A DNA stretch of 59,611 nucleotides from the IMG/VR virus record IMGVR_UViG_3300049434_000096, positions 1-59,611 of that record; one strand, given 5' to 3'. The translations under genes and the position numbers were made by a program. Numbering within the stretch: the stretch's first letter is position 1; each line of letters begins with the position of its first letter. Below are positions 1 through 8,391 of the stretch, one piece after another. A model generated the notes under the pieces. That model worked only from the letters and a program-made list of their open reading frames with translations, was not told where the DNA came from and made no database searches. Source of the stretch: a virus (lineage: Duplodnaviria; Caudoviricetes).

Positions 1-114
1 ATGACCAAGGCCCTCTGCCTCCTCGCTCTGATCGCCACCGGCGTCGCCGTCGTGGTGATCGAGACGCGCGGGTTTTTGCCGGTCGAGCGGCGGCCTTGGG
101 TGGATCGGCGCTGA
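1..114 (+). CDS. Small membrane peptide (37 aa)
   Basis: MTKALCLLALIATGVAVVVIETRG...; hydrophobic N-terminus; stop abuts the methylase ATG. Confidence 0.45.
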   Translation: MTKALCLLALIATGVAVVVIETRGFLPVERRPWVDRR

Positions 115-115
115 C

Positions 116-1972
116 ATGGCCTATTTCCCCGATTGGGCGACGACCGCCGTTGCCGCCACCATCGCCGCGGCTGTGCCGGGCCTGGTGGTGGACAATTTCG
201 CCGGGGGCGGCGGCACCTCGACCGGGATCGAACAGGCCCTTGGGCGGGCGGTCGATATTGCGATCAATCACGACGCCGAAGCGCTCGCGATGCACGAGAT
301 CAACCACCCCGGCACGACCCACATCAAGAACAACATCTGGCGCGTCGATCCCAAGGAAGCGACGCAGGGCCGCAAGGTCGGCCTCGCCTGGTTCAGCCCA
401 GATTGCACCCACCACTCGAAGGCCCGCGGCGGCAAGCCGCGCCTGAAGAGCATCCGCGATCTCTCGTGGGTGGTGGTGCTGTGGGCGCAGCAGGTGCGGC
501 CCGACGTGATTTTCATGGAGAACGTCGAGGAAATCCGCTCGTGGGGTCCGCTCGACGACGACGGCCTGCCGATCAAGGAGCGCGCCGGCGAGACCTGGAC
601 GAAGTGGCTCACCGCGCTGCGCAAGGCGGGCTATCGCATCCAGTTCAAGGAGCTTCGCGCCTGCGACTATGGCGCGCCCACGATCCGCAAGCGGCTCTTC
701 CTGATCGCGCGGTGCGACGGCAAGGCGATCCGCTGGCCGAAGCCGACCCATGGGAAGCCGGGCACGCGCGGCGTGATCTCGGGCAAGCTGCTGCCCTACC
801 GCACCGCCGCCGACTCGGTGATCGACTTCTCGATCAAGTGCCCGTCGATCTTCACCCGCAAGAAGGCGCTGGCCGACAACACGCTGCGCCGGATCGCGCA
901 CGGCATCATGAAGTTCGTCGTCAACTGCGACGACCCCTTCATCATCCCACTGACGCACGCTGGCGGGCCGGGCCGGGCCTATCCGTCTACTGAGCCAGTG
1001 CCGACTATCACCGGCGCGAACCGAGGCGAGCTTGCGGTGATCGCGCCGCACATCACCAAGTTCCGCACCGGCGCGATCGGCCACGACGCCCGCGAACCTC
1101 TAGCCACGGTCACCGCCAACAGCTTCGTAAAGCGGCCCGGCGGCGCGCCTCCGCTCGGGCTTGTTGGCGCCACTCTGATCAATACCCGCAATGGCGAGCG
1201 CGAAGGGCAGGCCCCGCGGGCGCGCAGCATGAAAGAGCCCGCGCCGACGGTGACGGCGATCGGCAGTCAGGGCGCCGTCGCTGAGGCGACGTTGGAGCGC
1301 CTGGCAATCCACGGCCTCGACTGCCTCACCACTGCCCATGTGGTGCAGCACAGCGAGACCCGCCCAGGCCGGAAGCCGAACGCCGGACACGACGCCAGGG
1401 AGCCGGTCTCAACGATCGTTCAGAGGGGGCCGCTTCAGGCGCTCGCCACCTCGAACATCGTCAAGCTGAAGGGCACCTGCCGCCACGGCCATCCGAGCGA
1501 CGAACCGCTCGCCACGGTCGGCGCCCAAGGCACGCATCTCGCAGAGGTCGAGACCGAGCTTGAGCCGCTCCCGCTATCCGAAGAGGCGCTGGTCGGCGCC
1601 AACAAGGTCTATGCCTTTCTCCTCAAATACTACGGGAATGAAGAGACCGGGCACGGACTGAGCGGGCCGCTCGGGACGGTCACGACGCTCGATCGCTTCG
1701 CCCTGGTCACCGTCACGATCAACGGCGAGCAGTACGCGATCGTGGACATCGGCATGCGGATGCTCACCCCGCGCGAGCTTTACAACGCGCAGGGCTTCCC
1801 GCCCGATTACATCATTGAGTTCGAGTATAACGGGAAGCCGCTTACCAAGAGCGCGCAGATCGAGAAGTGCGGCAACAGCGTCTGCCCGCCGATGTCGAGG
1901 GCGTTGGTCGCGGCCAACTTCCCGCTGAGCGTGCCCGAAGCGCGAGCCGAAGACGAGAAGGTGGCCGCATGA
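116..1972 (+). CDS. DNA (cytosine-5)-methyltransferase, phage type
   Basis: Motif I DNFAGGGG, catalytic SPDC, ENV, RKRLF, C-terminal CGNSV; repeated PxxT(V/I) units in the long variable region. Confidence 0.93.
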   Translation: MAYFPDWATTAVAATIAAAVPGLVVDNFAGGGGTSTGIEQALGRAVDIAINHDAEALAMHEINHPGTTHIKNNIWRVDPKEATQGRKVGLAWFSPDCTHHSKARGGKPRLKSIRDLSWVVVLWAQQVRPDVIFMENVEEIRSWGPLDDDGLPIKERAGETWTKWLTALRKAGYRIQFKELRACDYGAPTIRKRLFLIARCDGKAIRWPKPTHGKPGTRGVISGKLLPYRTAADSVIDFSIKCPSIFTRKKALADNTLRRIAHGIMKFVVNCDDPFIIPLTHAGGPGRAYPSTEPVPTITGANRGELAVIAPHITKFRTGAIGHDAREPLATVTANSFVKRPGGAPPLGLVGATLINTRNGEREGQAPRARSMKEPAPTVTAIGSQGAVAEATLERLAIHGLDCLTTAHVVQHSETRPGRKPNAGHDAREPVSTIVQRGPLQALATSNIVKLKGTCRHGHPSDEPLATVGAQGTHLAEVETELEPLPLSEEALVGANKVYAFLLKYYGNEETGHGLSGPLGTVTTLDRFALVTVTINGEQYAIVDIGMRMLTPRELYNAQGFPPDYIIEFEYNGKPLTKSAQIEKCGNSVCPPMSRALVAANFPLSVPEARAEDEKVAA

Positions 1973-2023
1973 TGCGCCGTCTGCCCTTGCCCTCCGCCCT
2001 GCCCCTCGTCCATCCCCACCCGC

Positions 2024-2326
2024 ATGGGCAACAGCGGCCGGATCCAGACTCGTCAGAACATGCCGGCCTGGGTCCAGACCGTCGGCGCGATGCTGGCCGA
2101 GGGGTGCGAGGTCCGGGCGATGTGCCAGGTCTGCCGGCGGTGGGAGCCCGTCGACCTCGCCAAGATCGCGGCGGCCAAGGGCCCGGACTATTCCCTGATC
2201 GACCGGCGCTCGAGATGCCGGTTCACGCCGGGATGCAAGGGCTGGGTGCGGTTCGCCTATCTGCTCGGCGTGTTCCGGCCGCTTTGGACGACCGCGGCGG
2301 CGGAGAGGTGGATGCGAGGGTCGTAG
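2024..2326 (+). CDS. Hypothetical protein with CxxC/CxxxxxC putative Zn ligands
   Basis: CQVC...CRFTPGC; GC-rich codon usage. Confidence 0.65.
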   Translation: MGNSGRIQTRQNMPAWVQTVGAMLAEGCEVRAMCQVCRRWEPVDLAKIAAAKGPDYSLIDRRSRCRFTPGCKGWVRFAYLLGVFRPLWTTAAAERWMRGS

Positions 2327-2387
2327 CTGGCGGGCGGGCCGAGTCGACGTCCCCGGCCTGCCCTGCGCGACGGGACGGGCGGCCGTA

Positions 2388-2588
2388 ATGGGCTGGGATT
2401 GGCTTATCGAGGGGGATACGCGCTGGCGTGTCCAGCGCGCGCAGCGGAAGAAGCCAGGCCCGCGCATGACGCCGGAACGCGCCGACGCGCTCAGAGCAGC
2501 CGTGCGGACAGACGCGACCGATGAGGAGATCGCCGCCAGCTTCGACATAGGGCTCGACATGCTGCAGCGGTATCGGGGGCGGGGATGA
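2388..2588 (+). CDS. Small HTH-like hypothetical protein
   Basis: ATDEEIAASFDIGLDMLQRYR resembles an HTH; ATGA overlap with next gene. Confidence 0.55.
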   Translation: MGWDWLIEGDTRWRVQRAQRKKPGPRMTPERADALRAAVRTDATDEEIAASFDIGLDMLQRYRGRG

Positions 2589-3166
2589 CCCAGCTCGTCT
2601 TCCCAGTCATCGACCCATTCGCCAGCGGCTACATCGAGCGGAGCGCGCGCTTCATAGGCGGCAACCGGATCGAGCTGCGGCGCCGTTGGGCCCACAAGGG
2701 CCGGACCGCGGCGGTGATCGGCCACAATCCGAGCGACGCGGGCGAGGACCGGGACGATCCGACGTCGGGATGGTGGATCAAGTGGTTCCGAGAGAATGGC
2801 TTTGCCGAGTATCGTGCCGCCAACCTCTACCCGTTCGTCACCTCGTCGCCGGCCGAATGCCGCAAGCGGGCCGACTGGCAGAACAGCGGGCCGGATTGGT
2901 ACGCGCGCGACGCGATCTGCGACAACTTGGCCGAGCTATGCAAGATCACCGCCGCAGTCGATCAGGTCTTCGTCTGCTGGGGCGCGATCGCCTCCGACGG
3001 CGACTGGACCGAGCAGGTGATCGAGGAAATCGCCTGCAACGGCGGCAATCCCGCGCTTTGGTGCTGGGGCTTCAACGCCGACGGCAGTCCGAAGCATCCC
3101 ATGGCGCGCGGTCGGCACCGGATTCCGTCTGGGCAGAAGGCGCTGCTCTGGCGCGCGCCGCTATGA
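2585..3166 (+). CDS. DUF1643 domain protein
   Basis: IGHNPSDA..DDPT, ANLYP, VCWG, GSPKHP motifs typical of DUF1643. Confidence 0.85.
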   Translation: MTQLVFPVIDPFASGYIERSARFIGGNRIELRRRWAHKGRTAAVIGHNPSDAGEDRDDPTSGWWIKWFRENGFAEYRAANLYPFVTSSPAECRKRADWQNSGPDWYARDAICDNLAELCKITAAVDQVFVCWGAIASDGDWTEQVIEEIACNGGNPALWCWGFNADGSPKHPMARGRHRIPSGQKALLWRAPL

Positions 3167-3390
3167 CCAGCCCGCCCAAATCGCGCTGGGGAAGCCAGCC
3201 AGGCAAGGAGCGGGGCGGGATGTCGCACGGCGAGCTGGCCTACATCCGCAAGGTCAATCTGGCCCGCAGCGCCGGGACGCAGTCGGCCAAGGACCCGCGA
3301 CGCGCGGAGACGCATTGCCCGGCCAGCTATGACGAAGACCAACGGAGCTATTGGCTGGCGGCGTTTCGGCGGGAGAGGCGGAGGGGATGA
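3163..3390 (+). CDS. Hypothetical protein
   Basis: ATGA overlaps on both sides. Confidence 0.55.
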   Translation: MTSPPKSRWGSQPGKERGGMSHGELAYIRKVNLARSAGTQSAKDPRRAETHCPASYDEDQRSYWLAAFRRERRRG

Positions 3391-3608
3391 GCGCCGATCC
3401 GCTGCCGATGCTGCCGCGCGAGTTCCTGATTATGAACTGCCGCGGCCTCGCCTTGGCGGCCTTCGGGTCCATCGAAACAATTCAGCGCCTCCTTGGATGC
3501 GACGCGTGGGAGGCGGCGGCCTTTCAGGGAGATGCAGCCGCTCGGTTCTATTGCCTGCTGGCCGACGTCGCGACTGACCGCGAGCGTCTCCAGCTGCCCG
3601 ATGAGTAG
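3387..3608 (+). CDS. Hypothetical protein
   Basis: GGAGGGG SD, ATGA overlap with upstream gene. Confidence 0.55.
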   Translation: MSADPLPMLPREFLIMNCRGLALAAFGSIETIQRLLGCDAWEAAAFQGDAAARFYCLLADVATDRERLQLPDE

Positions 3609-3868
3609 CGCACCAGCTCTGTGCCGCTGCTGGGTCTGCCTCGCGCTCGATCGCGAGTTTCCCGACGAGGGTCAGCAACTCGCGATGTTCTCCAGCAAGC
3701 GAGACGCGCGCGACAGAACGCCGGGTCTCAATTCTGTGAACCTGCGGCAGCACTTTGTGAGTAGGAACAGGAACAAGTGACATACGCAAAGTATAACTAC
3801 AGTGACAGGTGTTTAAAATGCGGTCCCTAACCGCTCCATCCAGCCACTTATTCGTTCCAAGGACCCGC

Positions 3869-3913
3869 AATAATGCATTATTTACTTGACGCTAACTTGC
3901 TCGCCGCTATTTT
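3869..3913 (+). promoter_or_regulatory. Putative sigma70 promoter (TTGACG 3886-3891, TATTTT 3908-3913) preceded by the 14-bp palindrome AATAATGCATTATT (3869-3882)
   Basis: AT-rich intergenic island upstream of the small-ORF/ribozyme operon. Confidence 0.6.
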
Positions 3914-4003
3914 CAGTGGCGCCGGCCCCGGGCGAGTTCCGCCCGAGTCGGCATCGAAAGGAATGGGCGAGCTGGGCGGCCCGAATGCCTGGCAGGGAAA
4001 GGA

Positions 4004-4270
4004 ATGGACATGACGCAGGACGAGATGAACCAGGTGCGGCGGGGCGATGGCCTCATTGTTAGCTTCGGCGCCAAGATCGGGACGCAGGTCGCCATGGCCC
4101 TCGGGCGCAATCGCACCGGCGCTTTGATGATCACGAAATACCGCAAGCGGTCCAAGAGCTGGACGAAGCCGCTGAAGGTGGCGCCGGCCGAGATCGTCGG
4201 CCGGTCGCGTGAGTATCAGCACCAGGGCCTGCCCTCGATCCCGACGGAGACCTTGTACTCCTACAAGTAG
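4004..4270 (+). CDS. Hypothetical protein; its TAG stop is part of hammerhead 1
   Basis: GAAAGGAA SD; ATG at 4004 or 4010. Confidence 0.7.
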   Translation: MDMTQDEMNQVRRGDGLIVSFGAKIGTQVAMALGRNRTGALMITKYRKRSKSWTKPLKVAPAEIVGRSREYQHQGLPSIPTETLYSYK

Positions 4271-4344
4271 GCGAAACGCGGGCGCCTCCCCCAAGGGCGC
4301 CCGCGTCGGCAGGATCTGGCCTCCCTGCCCTGATGAGCCGGCCA
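4270..4344 (+). ncRNA. Type II hammerhead ribozyme 1, predicted cleavage after GUC at 4307
   Basis: GGC-GAAA-C[stem III GCGGGCGCC/GGCGCCCGC]GUC-[stem I GGCAGG/CCUGCC]-CUGAUGA-GCC; loop I UGGCC (4317-4321) pairs with 3' GGCCA (4340-4344). Confidence 0.92.
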
Positions 4345-4353
4345 TGGAAGGGA

Positions 4354-4629
4354 ATGATGATGTCGAAGCCTATCGCCTATGTCGCCTCGCTCGATTGCGG
4401 CAACTGCACGCTCTCCGGCCACGGTGCTACCAAGCGCTCGGCCATGGCTGCCTTGGACGCGGCGATCTTCGAGCATGGCGAGGCCCGCGGTTATCTCGAC
4501 AATTGGTACGTCCCGCTGGCCGGATCGGTGACGCTGCAGCCTATCATCCTCGGCTCGGCGTGGTGCGACCGCAAGCAGCTCGAGGGCATCAGCGAGAAAG
4601 ACGAGATACGCGCCCGCGACCCCGACTAG
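4354..4629 (+). CDS. Hypothetical protein
   Basis: GGAAGGGA SD just after hammerhead 1; ATG run 4354-4362. Confidence 0.7.
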   Translation: MMMSKPIAYVASLDCGNCTLSGHGATKRSAMAALDAAIFEHGEARGYLDNWYVPLAGSVTLQPIILGSAWCDRKQLEGISEKDEIRARDPD

Positions 4630-4669
4630 CGCTGGGCCCCAAGTCTCCCCCACCACACGGAAAGGAACG

Positions 4670-4900
4670 ATGATGAGCAAGCAGTGGACTCCCGCCGACG
4701 ACGCAGCCGCAGCCCGTGAGGGGTGGGGAGTGTTCGAGGTTGGCGGAGAGGTCGATCTCGATGGTCAGTTCGAGATACAGCGTGACGACGAGGCAGGCAC
4801 GTTCGGCGACGACGAGGCAGCCTTGGCCCATGTGCGCGAGAGAGCGAAGCAAGGCAGCGGCCTGCACCGGCGAGCCCTCGTTCGCACCGTCACCGTCTAG
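4670..4900 (+). CDS. Hypothetical protein; its TAG stop is part of hammerhead 2
   Basis: GAAAGGAA SD; EGWGVF..IQRDD..F.DD.AA. Confidence 0.75.
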   Translation: MMSKQWTPADDAAAAREGWGVFEVGGEVDLDGQFEIQRDDEAGTFGDDEAALAHVRERAKQGSGLHRRALVRTVTV

Positions 4901-4971
4901 GCGAAACCGGACGAGCCCCACGGCTCCCCGGTCTGGGCGAGATGAGCGCCGCCCACTGATGAGCCTGCTCA
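4899..4971 (+). ncRNA. Type II hammerhead ribozyme 2, predicted cleavage after GUC at 4933
   Basis: AGGC-GAAA-[stem III CCGG..GAGCC/GGCUC..CCGG]UC-[stem I UGGGCG/CGCCCA]-CUGAUGA-GCCU; loop I UGAGC (4943-4947) pairs with 3' GCUCA (4967-4971). Confidence 0.92.
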
Positions 4972-4988
4972 ACGAAAGGACTGAGACT

Positions 4989-5099
4989 ATGGATACCGTG
5001 TTGGGCTCCGCGCCCGCTGCCATCGTGATCCTGATCGCCTTCGTGACGCTGATAGGCGCCGCCGCGGCCCTCATCCCCTCCGACCGCAAAGGAAGATAG
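4989..5099 (+). CDS. Small single-TM peptide (36 aa)
   Basis: GAAAGGA SD; MDTVLGSAPAAIVILIAFVTLIGAAAALIPSDRKGR. Confidence 0.65.
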   Translation: MDTVLGSAPAAIVILIAFVTLIGAAAALIPSDRKGR

Positions 5100-5103
5100 G
5101 GTC

Positions 5104-5313
5104 ATGTTGGACATTATCGCCGCCACCTTCCCGCGCCTGGTCGTGGCCCTGCGCCGTACCGGGTGCAGCCGATCGGACGCGGCCCGCCTGATCCTCGCCG
5201 CCCGCTTCGGCGAGCGCGCCACGGCATGGTGCAGCGAGGATTGCGCCCGGGCTCGCCGGATCATCGGGGCCGCGGTCCGCCAGCGCCGGGCTCGGCTGCA
5301 GGGAGGGTGTTGA
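5104..5313 (+). CDS. Hypothetical Arg-rich protein
   Basis: SD-like AGGAAG upstream; tightly packed in operon. Confidence 0.55.
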   Translation: MLDIIAATFPRLVVALRRTGCSRSDAARLILAARFGERATAWCSEDCARARRIIGAAVRQRRARLQGGC

Positions 5314-5314
5314 G

Positions 5315-5641
5315 ATGGCACGCATCCGATGCCCGAACGAGCCCGATCCTCTAGGAGGAGATCTCGTCGGCTGCGGCAAGACGTTCGACGGCGCCTTGGT
5401 CGCCGCCGTGTTCGAGGGCGCGGGCCGCGTGGCCGTTCTCGACGCTGGCTTGGCGCTGGAGAGCGTGGAATTCTCGGTCAATAGCTGGCGGGGCGACGAT
5501 TTCGAGCCGGCCCTGCGCGCGGCGATCGCCATCTACGAAGAGGGCCGAGACGCCGAATGGCGCGCCCAGCAGCAAAAGCGTGGCGTCGCGGCGCGCTACA
5601 TTCGGCCGGCTCTGCGCCTCGTCGCGGGTGGCCGGCGATGA
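5315..5641 (+). CDS. Hypothetical protein
   Basis: GGAGGG SD; packed in operon. Confidence 0.6.
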   Translation: MARIRCPNEPDPLGGDLVGCGKTFDGALVAAVFEGAGRVAVLDAGLALESVEFSVNSWRGDDFEPALRAAIAIYEEGRDAEWRAQQQKRGVAARYIRPALRLVAGGRR

Positions 5642-6006
5642 GCGCGCCGCGAGCCGATTTAAGCCCCGCTGAGCATAGCCCGAGCGCGGCGGCTGTAACC
5701 GGAGGCTCGGCCCTCGCGCCACAGCGTAGCGCCAGCGAGGCGGGCGGGAAGACGGCAAAGCCGGCCCGAGGGTCGATGGGCCCAGCCTTTGGCAAGCTTG
5801 GGCCCGCTGATCGCGCTTTGCTGACCTCGTCCGCCACCCTTGGGCGCCGAATCAACGTCCAGCGACTCGCGCGCGGCAAGATCGGTGTTGGCATCGACGG
5901 CATGCGCTACCCGCTCAGCTTGGCGCGATCGCGAGCGCGGCGCGAGCTTCCCCCTTCGATGGAAAGACAGCCTGACCCCCGTTCGATGGAAAGGCCCGGA
6001 CTGTGA
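5638..6006 (+). CDS. Hypothetical protein
   Basis: ATGA/GTGA overlaps with both neighbours; low-complexity N-terminus. Confidence 0.4.
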   Translation: MSAPRADLSPAEHSPSAAAVTGGSALAPQRSASEAGGKTAKPARGSMGPAFGKLGPADRALLTSSATLGRRINVQRLARGKIGVGIDGMRYPLSLARSRARRELPPSMERQPDPRSMERPGL

Positions 6007-6482
6007 ACGCGCCAGCTCGCGAGCGCCTGTTGCGCCGTTACCTCGCTATGCGTCACCAGCGCCAAGTTGACCGCCTCGCCCTCGATGCGGCCGGCGATTA
6101 CGTCCGCCAGGCCGATGCGGAGCGGGACGCGGCGAAGGCGGACGCTCGGGCCGCGGGGCCGCCCTTCGCGATCTTCGATCATCTCCAGTACGGCCACCAG
6201 GGCACCGGCCCTGACCGGAAGCGGGCGTGGGACAATCCGGGGCTGGGCTTGGTGGAACTGCTGCATCAAGAGCGTGACGCGCGCACCGTTCGGCTCGCCA
6301 CGGCGGATCAGACGATTGCAACCATGGAGCGGGCCAACGAGCGACTCGCTGACGAGGTGATCCGACTGAGCGGCCGGGCCATCCGGGCCGAACAGGAGCT
6401 GCGGCGCCTTCGCGCCCCGCCTCCGCTGGCGATCGCCGACATGCGTGCGCCCCGCGCGATGGAAAGCGATGTGTGCCAATGA
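6003..6482 (+). CDS. Hypothetical coiled-coil protein
   Basis: GTG start overlapping upstream stop; helical heptad-like C-half. Confidence 0.6.
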   Translation: MNAPARERLLRRYLAMRHQRQVDRLALDAAGDYVRQADAERDAAKADARAAGPPFAIFDHLQYGHQGTGPDRKRAWDNPGLGLVELLHQERDARTVRLATADQTIATMERANERLADEVIRLSGRAIRAEQELRRLRAPPPLAIADMRAPRAMESDVCQ

Positions 6483-7357
6483 ACGCGCTCGGCCCGCACC
6501 CCGCCCTCCTTCGGCGGAATGACCCCGGCCCGGAACTGTGTCAGCTCGTCGGAGATTGGCGGGGCAAGATGCCCGCCGGCGGCGCGATCGTGGAGCCCAA
6601 GCTCGACGGCATCCGTGCCTTGTGGATCGATGGCGAGCTCGTCACCCGCGAAGGCACGCCCATCGCTGGCGCCGAGCATATCGACGCGCGGCTGCGCTGG
6701 CTCGAGCGCGAGGCGTGCGTGCCGCTCTTCTTCGACGGCGAATTCCTCGTCGGCGGCACGTTCGCCGAAACGCTGGCCCATTTCCAGGCCCGGGGCGGCA
6801 ACGGCGTCGCCGGCACGTTGCACCTCTTCGAGGGAATAACGATGCGGACGTGGCGCGGCGAGGATCCGTGCGAGACGCTGGAGGCGCGCCGGATCAAGCT
6901 CGACGCGATGCTGGCGGGGAAAGCGGATGCCGCGGTTCGGCCGATGCCCTGGTCGTGGGCCAACGACGCCGATGAGGTCGCGGCCAAGGCGCGCGAGTTC
7001 ATCGCCGCCGGCGGGGAGGGCGTCGTCGTCAAAGACCCGCTCGGCACGTACCAGCGGCGCCGGTCGACGGAATGGCAGCGGATCAAGAAGGCGATGACGC
7101 TGGACCTGGTCATTGTCGACGCCGTGCCGCAAGCCGATCGGGCATGGATGCTCGGCGCGCTGGTGCTCGACTATCGCGGCCGCCGGGTCCGGGTCTCGGC
7201 CGGCTTCTCCGACGCCGAGCGGATGGCGCTGTGGCGCGACAGGGCTCAGCTCGTCGGGACTGTGGCGGAGATTTCTGCTATGGAGGTGACTGAGGCTGGC
7301 TCGTTGAGGCAGGCGAGATTCGTCCGGCTGAGGCCCGACAAAGGAGGCGTCCGATGA
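6479..7357 (+). CDS. ATP-dependent DNA ligase, minimal phage type
   Basis: Motif I EPKLDGIR, III FDGEF, IV EGVVVK, V WQRIK; OB fold with SAGFSD and SLRQARF. Confidence 0.9.
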   Translation: MNALGPHPALLRRNDPGPELCQLVGDWRGKMPAGGAIVEPKLDGIRALWIDGELVTREGTPIAGAEHIDARLRWLEREACVPLFFDGEFLVGGTFAETLAHFQARGGNGVAGTLHLFEGITMRTWRGEDPCETLEARRIKLDAMLAGKADAAVRPMPWSWANDADEVAAKAREFIAAGGEGVVVKDPLGTYQRRRSTEWQRIKKAMTLDLVIVDAVPQADRAWMLGALVLDYRGRRVRVSAGFSDAERMALWRDRAQLVGTVAEISAMEVTEAGSLRQARFVRLRPDKGGVR

Positions 7358-7548
7358 TCGCAAGAATTCTGGCCTCGCGGCCTTTGCGCAGTCTGCTGCT
7401 TATTGCGGTGGCGCTGGTCGGTTGCGCGCCCTCCACGTTCCTTCTCGGCCCCCTCATTCCGCCATCCCATCGGCAGGTGATTCTGGTCGAACTCGGCATG
7501 CTCCAAGGCGTGCTCGCCGTCTGGGCATGGATAATCTACGATGACTGA
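7354..7548 (+). CDS. Small membrane protein
   Basis: AGGAGG SD; two hydrophobic segments. Confidence 0.5.
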   Translation: MIARILASRPLRSLLLIAVALVGCAPSTFLLGPLIPPSHRQVILVELGMLQGVLAVWAWIIYDD

Positions 7549-7600
7549 GGCGCTTAGGCAGGCCCGGTTTGTGAGGCTGCGGCCGGATAAGAGGGCGTGA
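7541..7600 (+). pseudogene. Diverged duplicate of the DNA ligase 3' end
   Basis: Translates MTEALRQARFVRLRPDKRA versus ligase end VTEAGSLRQARFVRLRPDKGGVR. Confidence 0.8.
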
Positions 7601-7755
7601 TGGATTGGTGGCTTGGCCTCGGCCTGTATGTGATCGGGATGCTGGCGGGCATCGCCGCCATGACCGCGCGGGTGGTAGACCGCAAGGGCGCAGCACAATC
7701 AATCTTGCTGGCTGGGCTCCTTGTCGCCGTCGCCGTGATCCGATTGAGCCGCTGA
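7600..7755 (+). CDS. Small two-TM membrane protein (51 aa)
   Basis: MDWWLGLGLYVIGMLAGIAAM...ILLAGLLVAVAVIRLSR; GAGGG SD. Confidence 0.55.
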   Translation: MDWWLGLGLYVIGMLAGIAAMTARVVDRKGAAQSILLAGLLVAVAVIRLSR

Positions 7756-7777
7756 GCGGCAGGGAAAGGAAGGGAAG

Positions 7778-7999
7778 ATGGGCGAGGGCAAAACTGCTGC
7801 GCGCGACCGAATGATAATCGACGCGCTGCTTGCAGGCGCGACGGTCAAGGATGTGGGAGCTACGCTGTCGATCGGAGAAGCTCGCGTCCGGCAAATTTGG
7901 AACCGCTATTGTCGGAAGGAACGCAGCGCCGGACGCCCGGGCCCCGTTGCGCCCGGCCTGAAGCGATATGTCGCCGCGAGGGGGGTTGCGCAAATATGA
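7778..7999 (+). CDS. Small HTH DNA-binding protein
   Basis: RDRMIIDALLAGATVKDVGATLSIGEARVRQI; purine-rich SD. Confidence 0.7.
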   Translation: MGEGKTAARDRMIIDALLAGATVKDVGATLSIGEARVRQIWNRYCRKERSAGRPGPVAPGLKRYVAARGVAQI

Positions 8000-8391
8000 C
8001 CGCCACCTTCACCCCCACCCGCCTCGCCTGCTCCCACGGCCCCGACCTGTGGTTCGATGGAAAGCTGATCGGGCAATACTCGACGCAGCGAAAGGACGGC
8101 GGGAAGGACCGCTGGACAGAGCTGCGCCTGTGGGAAACCCCGGCCGGCAACTGGGTCGCCGAATCGGTTGGCTGCTCCACGCGGGAGAATGAGGGGGTGA
8201 TCAGGGAGGCGCGGGTGATTGAGCGGCCTGTTTCCGTCCGGCTCGTTAGGCCAGATCGTCAGGGGGAAACGGTTCGCATTCTGACGAGTCCTGCAGAAGT
8301 CGACGCCGCCATGGACGCTTGGAACTGGACCACCGCCGCCAAGGCCTTCGCGCGCGAACTGGGGTGGGATGTGGTCAGGAGGGTGGAATGA
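7996..8391 (+). CDS. Hypothetical phage protein
   Basis: ATGA overlap; RWTELRLWETPAGNWV. Confidence 0.7.
   Translation: MTATFTPTRLACSHGPDLWFDGKLIGQYSTQRKDGGKDRWTELRLWETPAGNWVAESVGCSTRENEGVIREARVIERPVSVRLVRPDRQGETVRILTSPAEVDAAMDAWNWTTAAKAFARELGWDVVRRVE

Noticed and set aside
3763-3776. GGAACAGGAACA as an alphaproteobacterial SOS box
   Set aside because: Spacing is GAAC-N2-GAAC, not the required N7.
3430-3870. Minus-strand 146-aa ORF in the AT-rich region
   Set aside because: Overlaps a + strand gene and the promoter region; no clear SD or motif, so not supported.
5640-5810. Series of hairpins suggesting a structured RNA
   Set aside because: No ribozyme or riboswitch core recognised; GC-rich DNA folds readily by chance.
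8281-8310. CTGACGAG as a third hammerhead core
   Set aside because: Inside a CDS, with no matching GAAA, stems or cleavage triplet.
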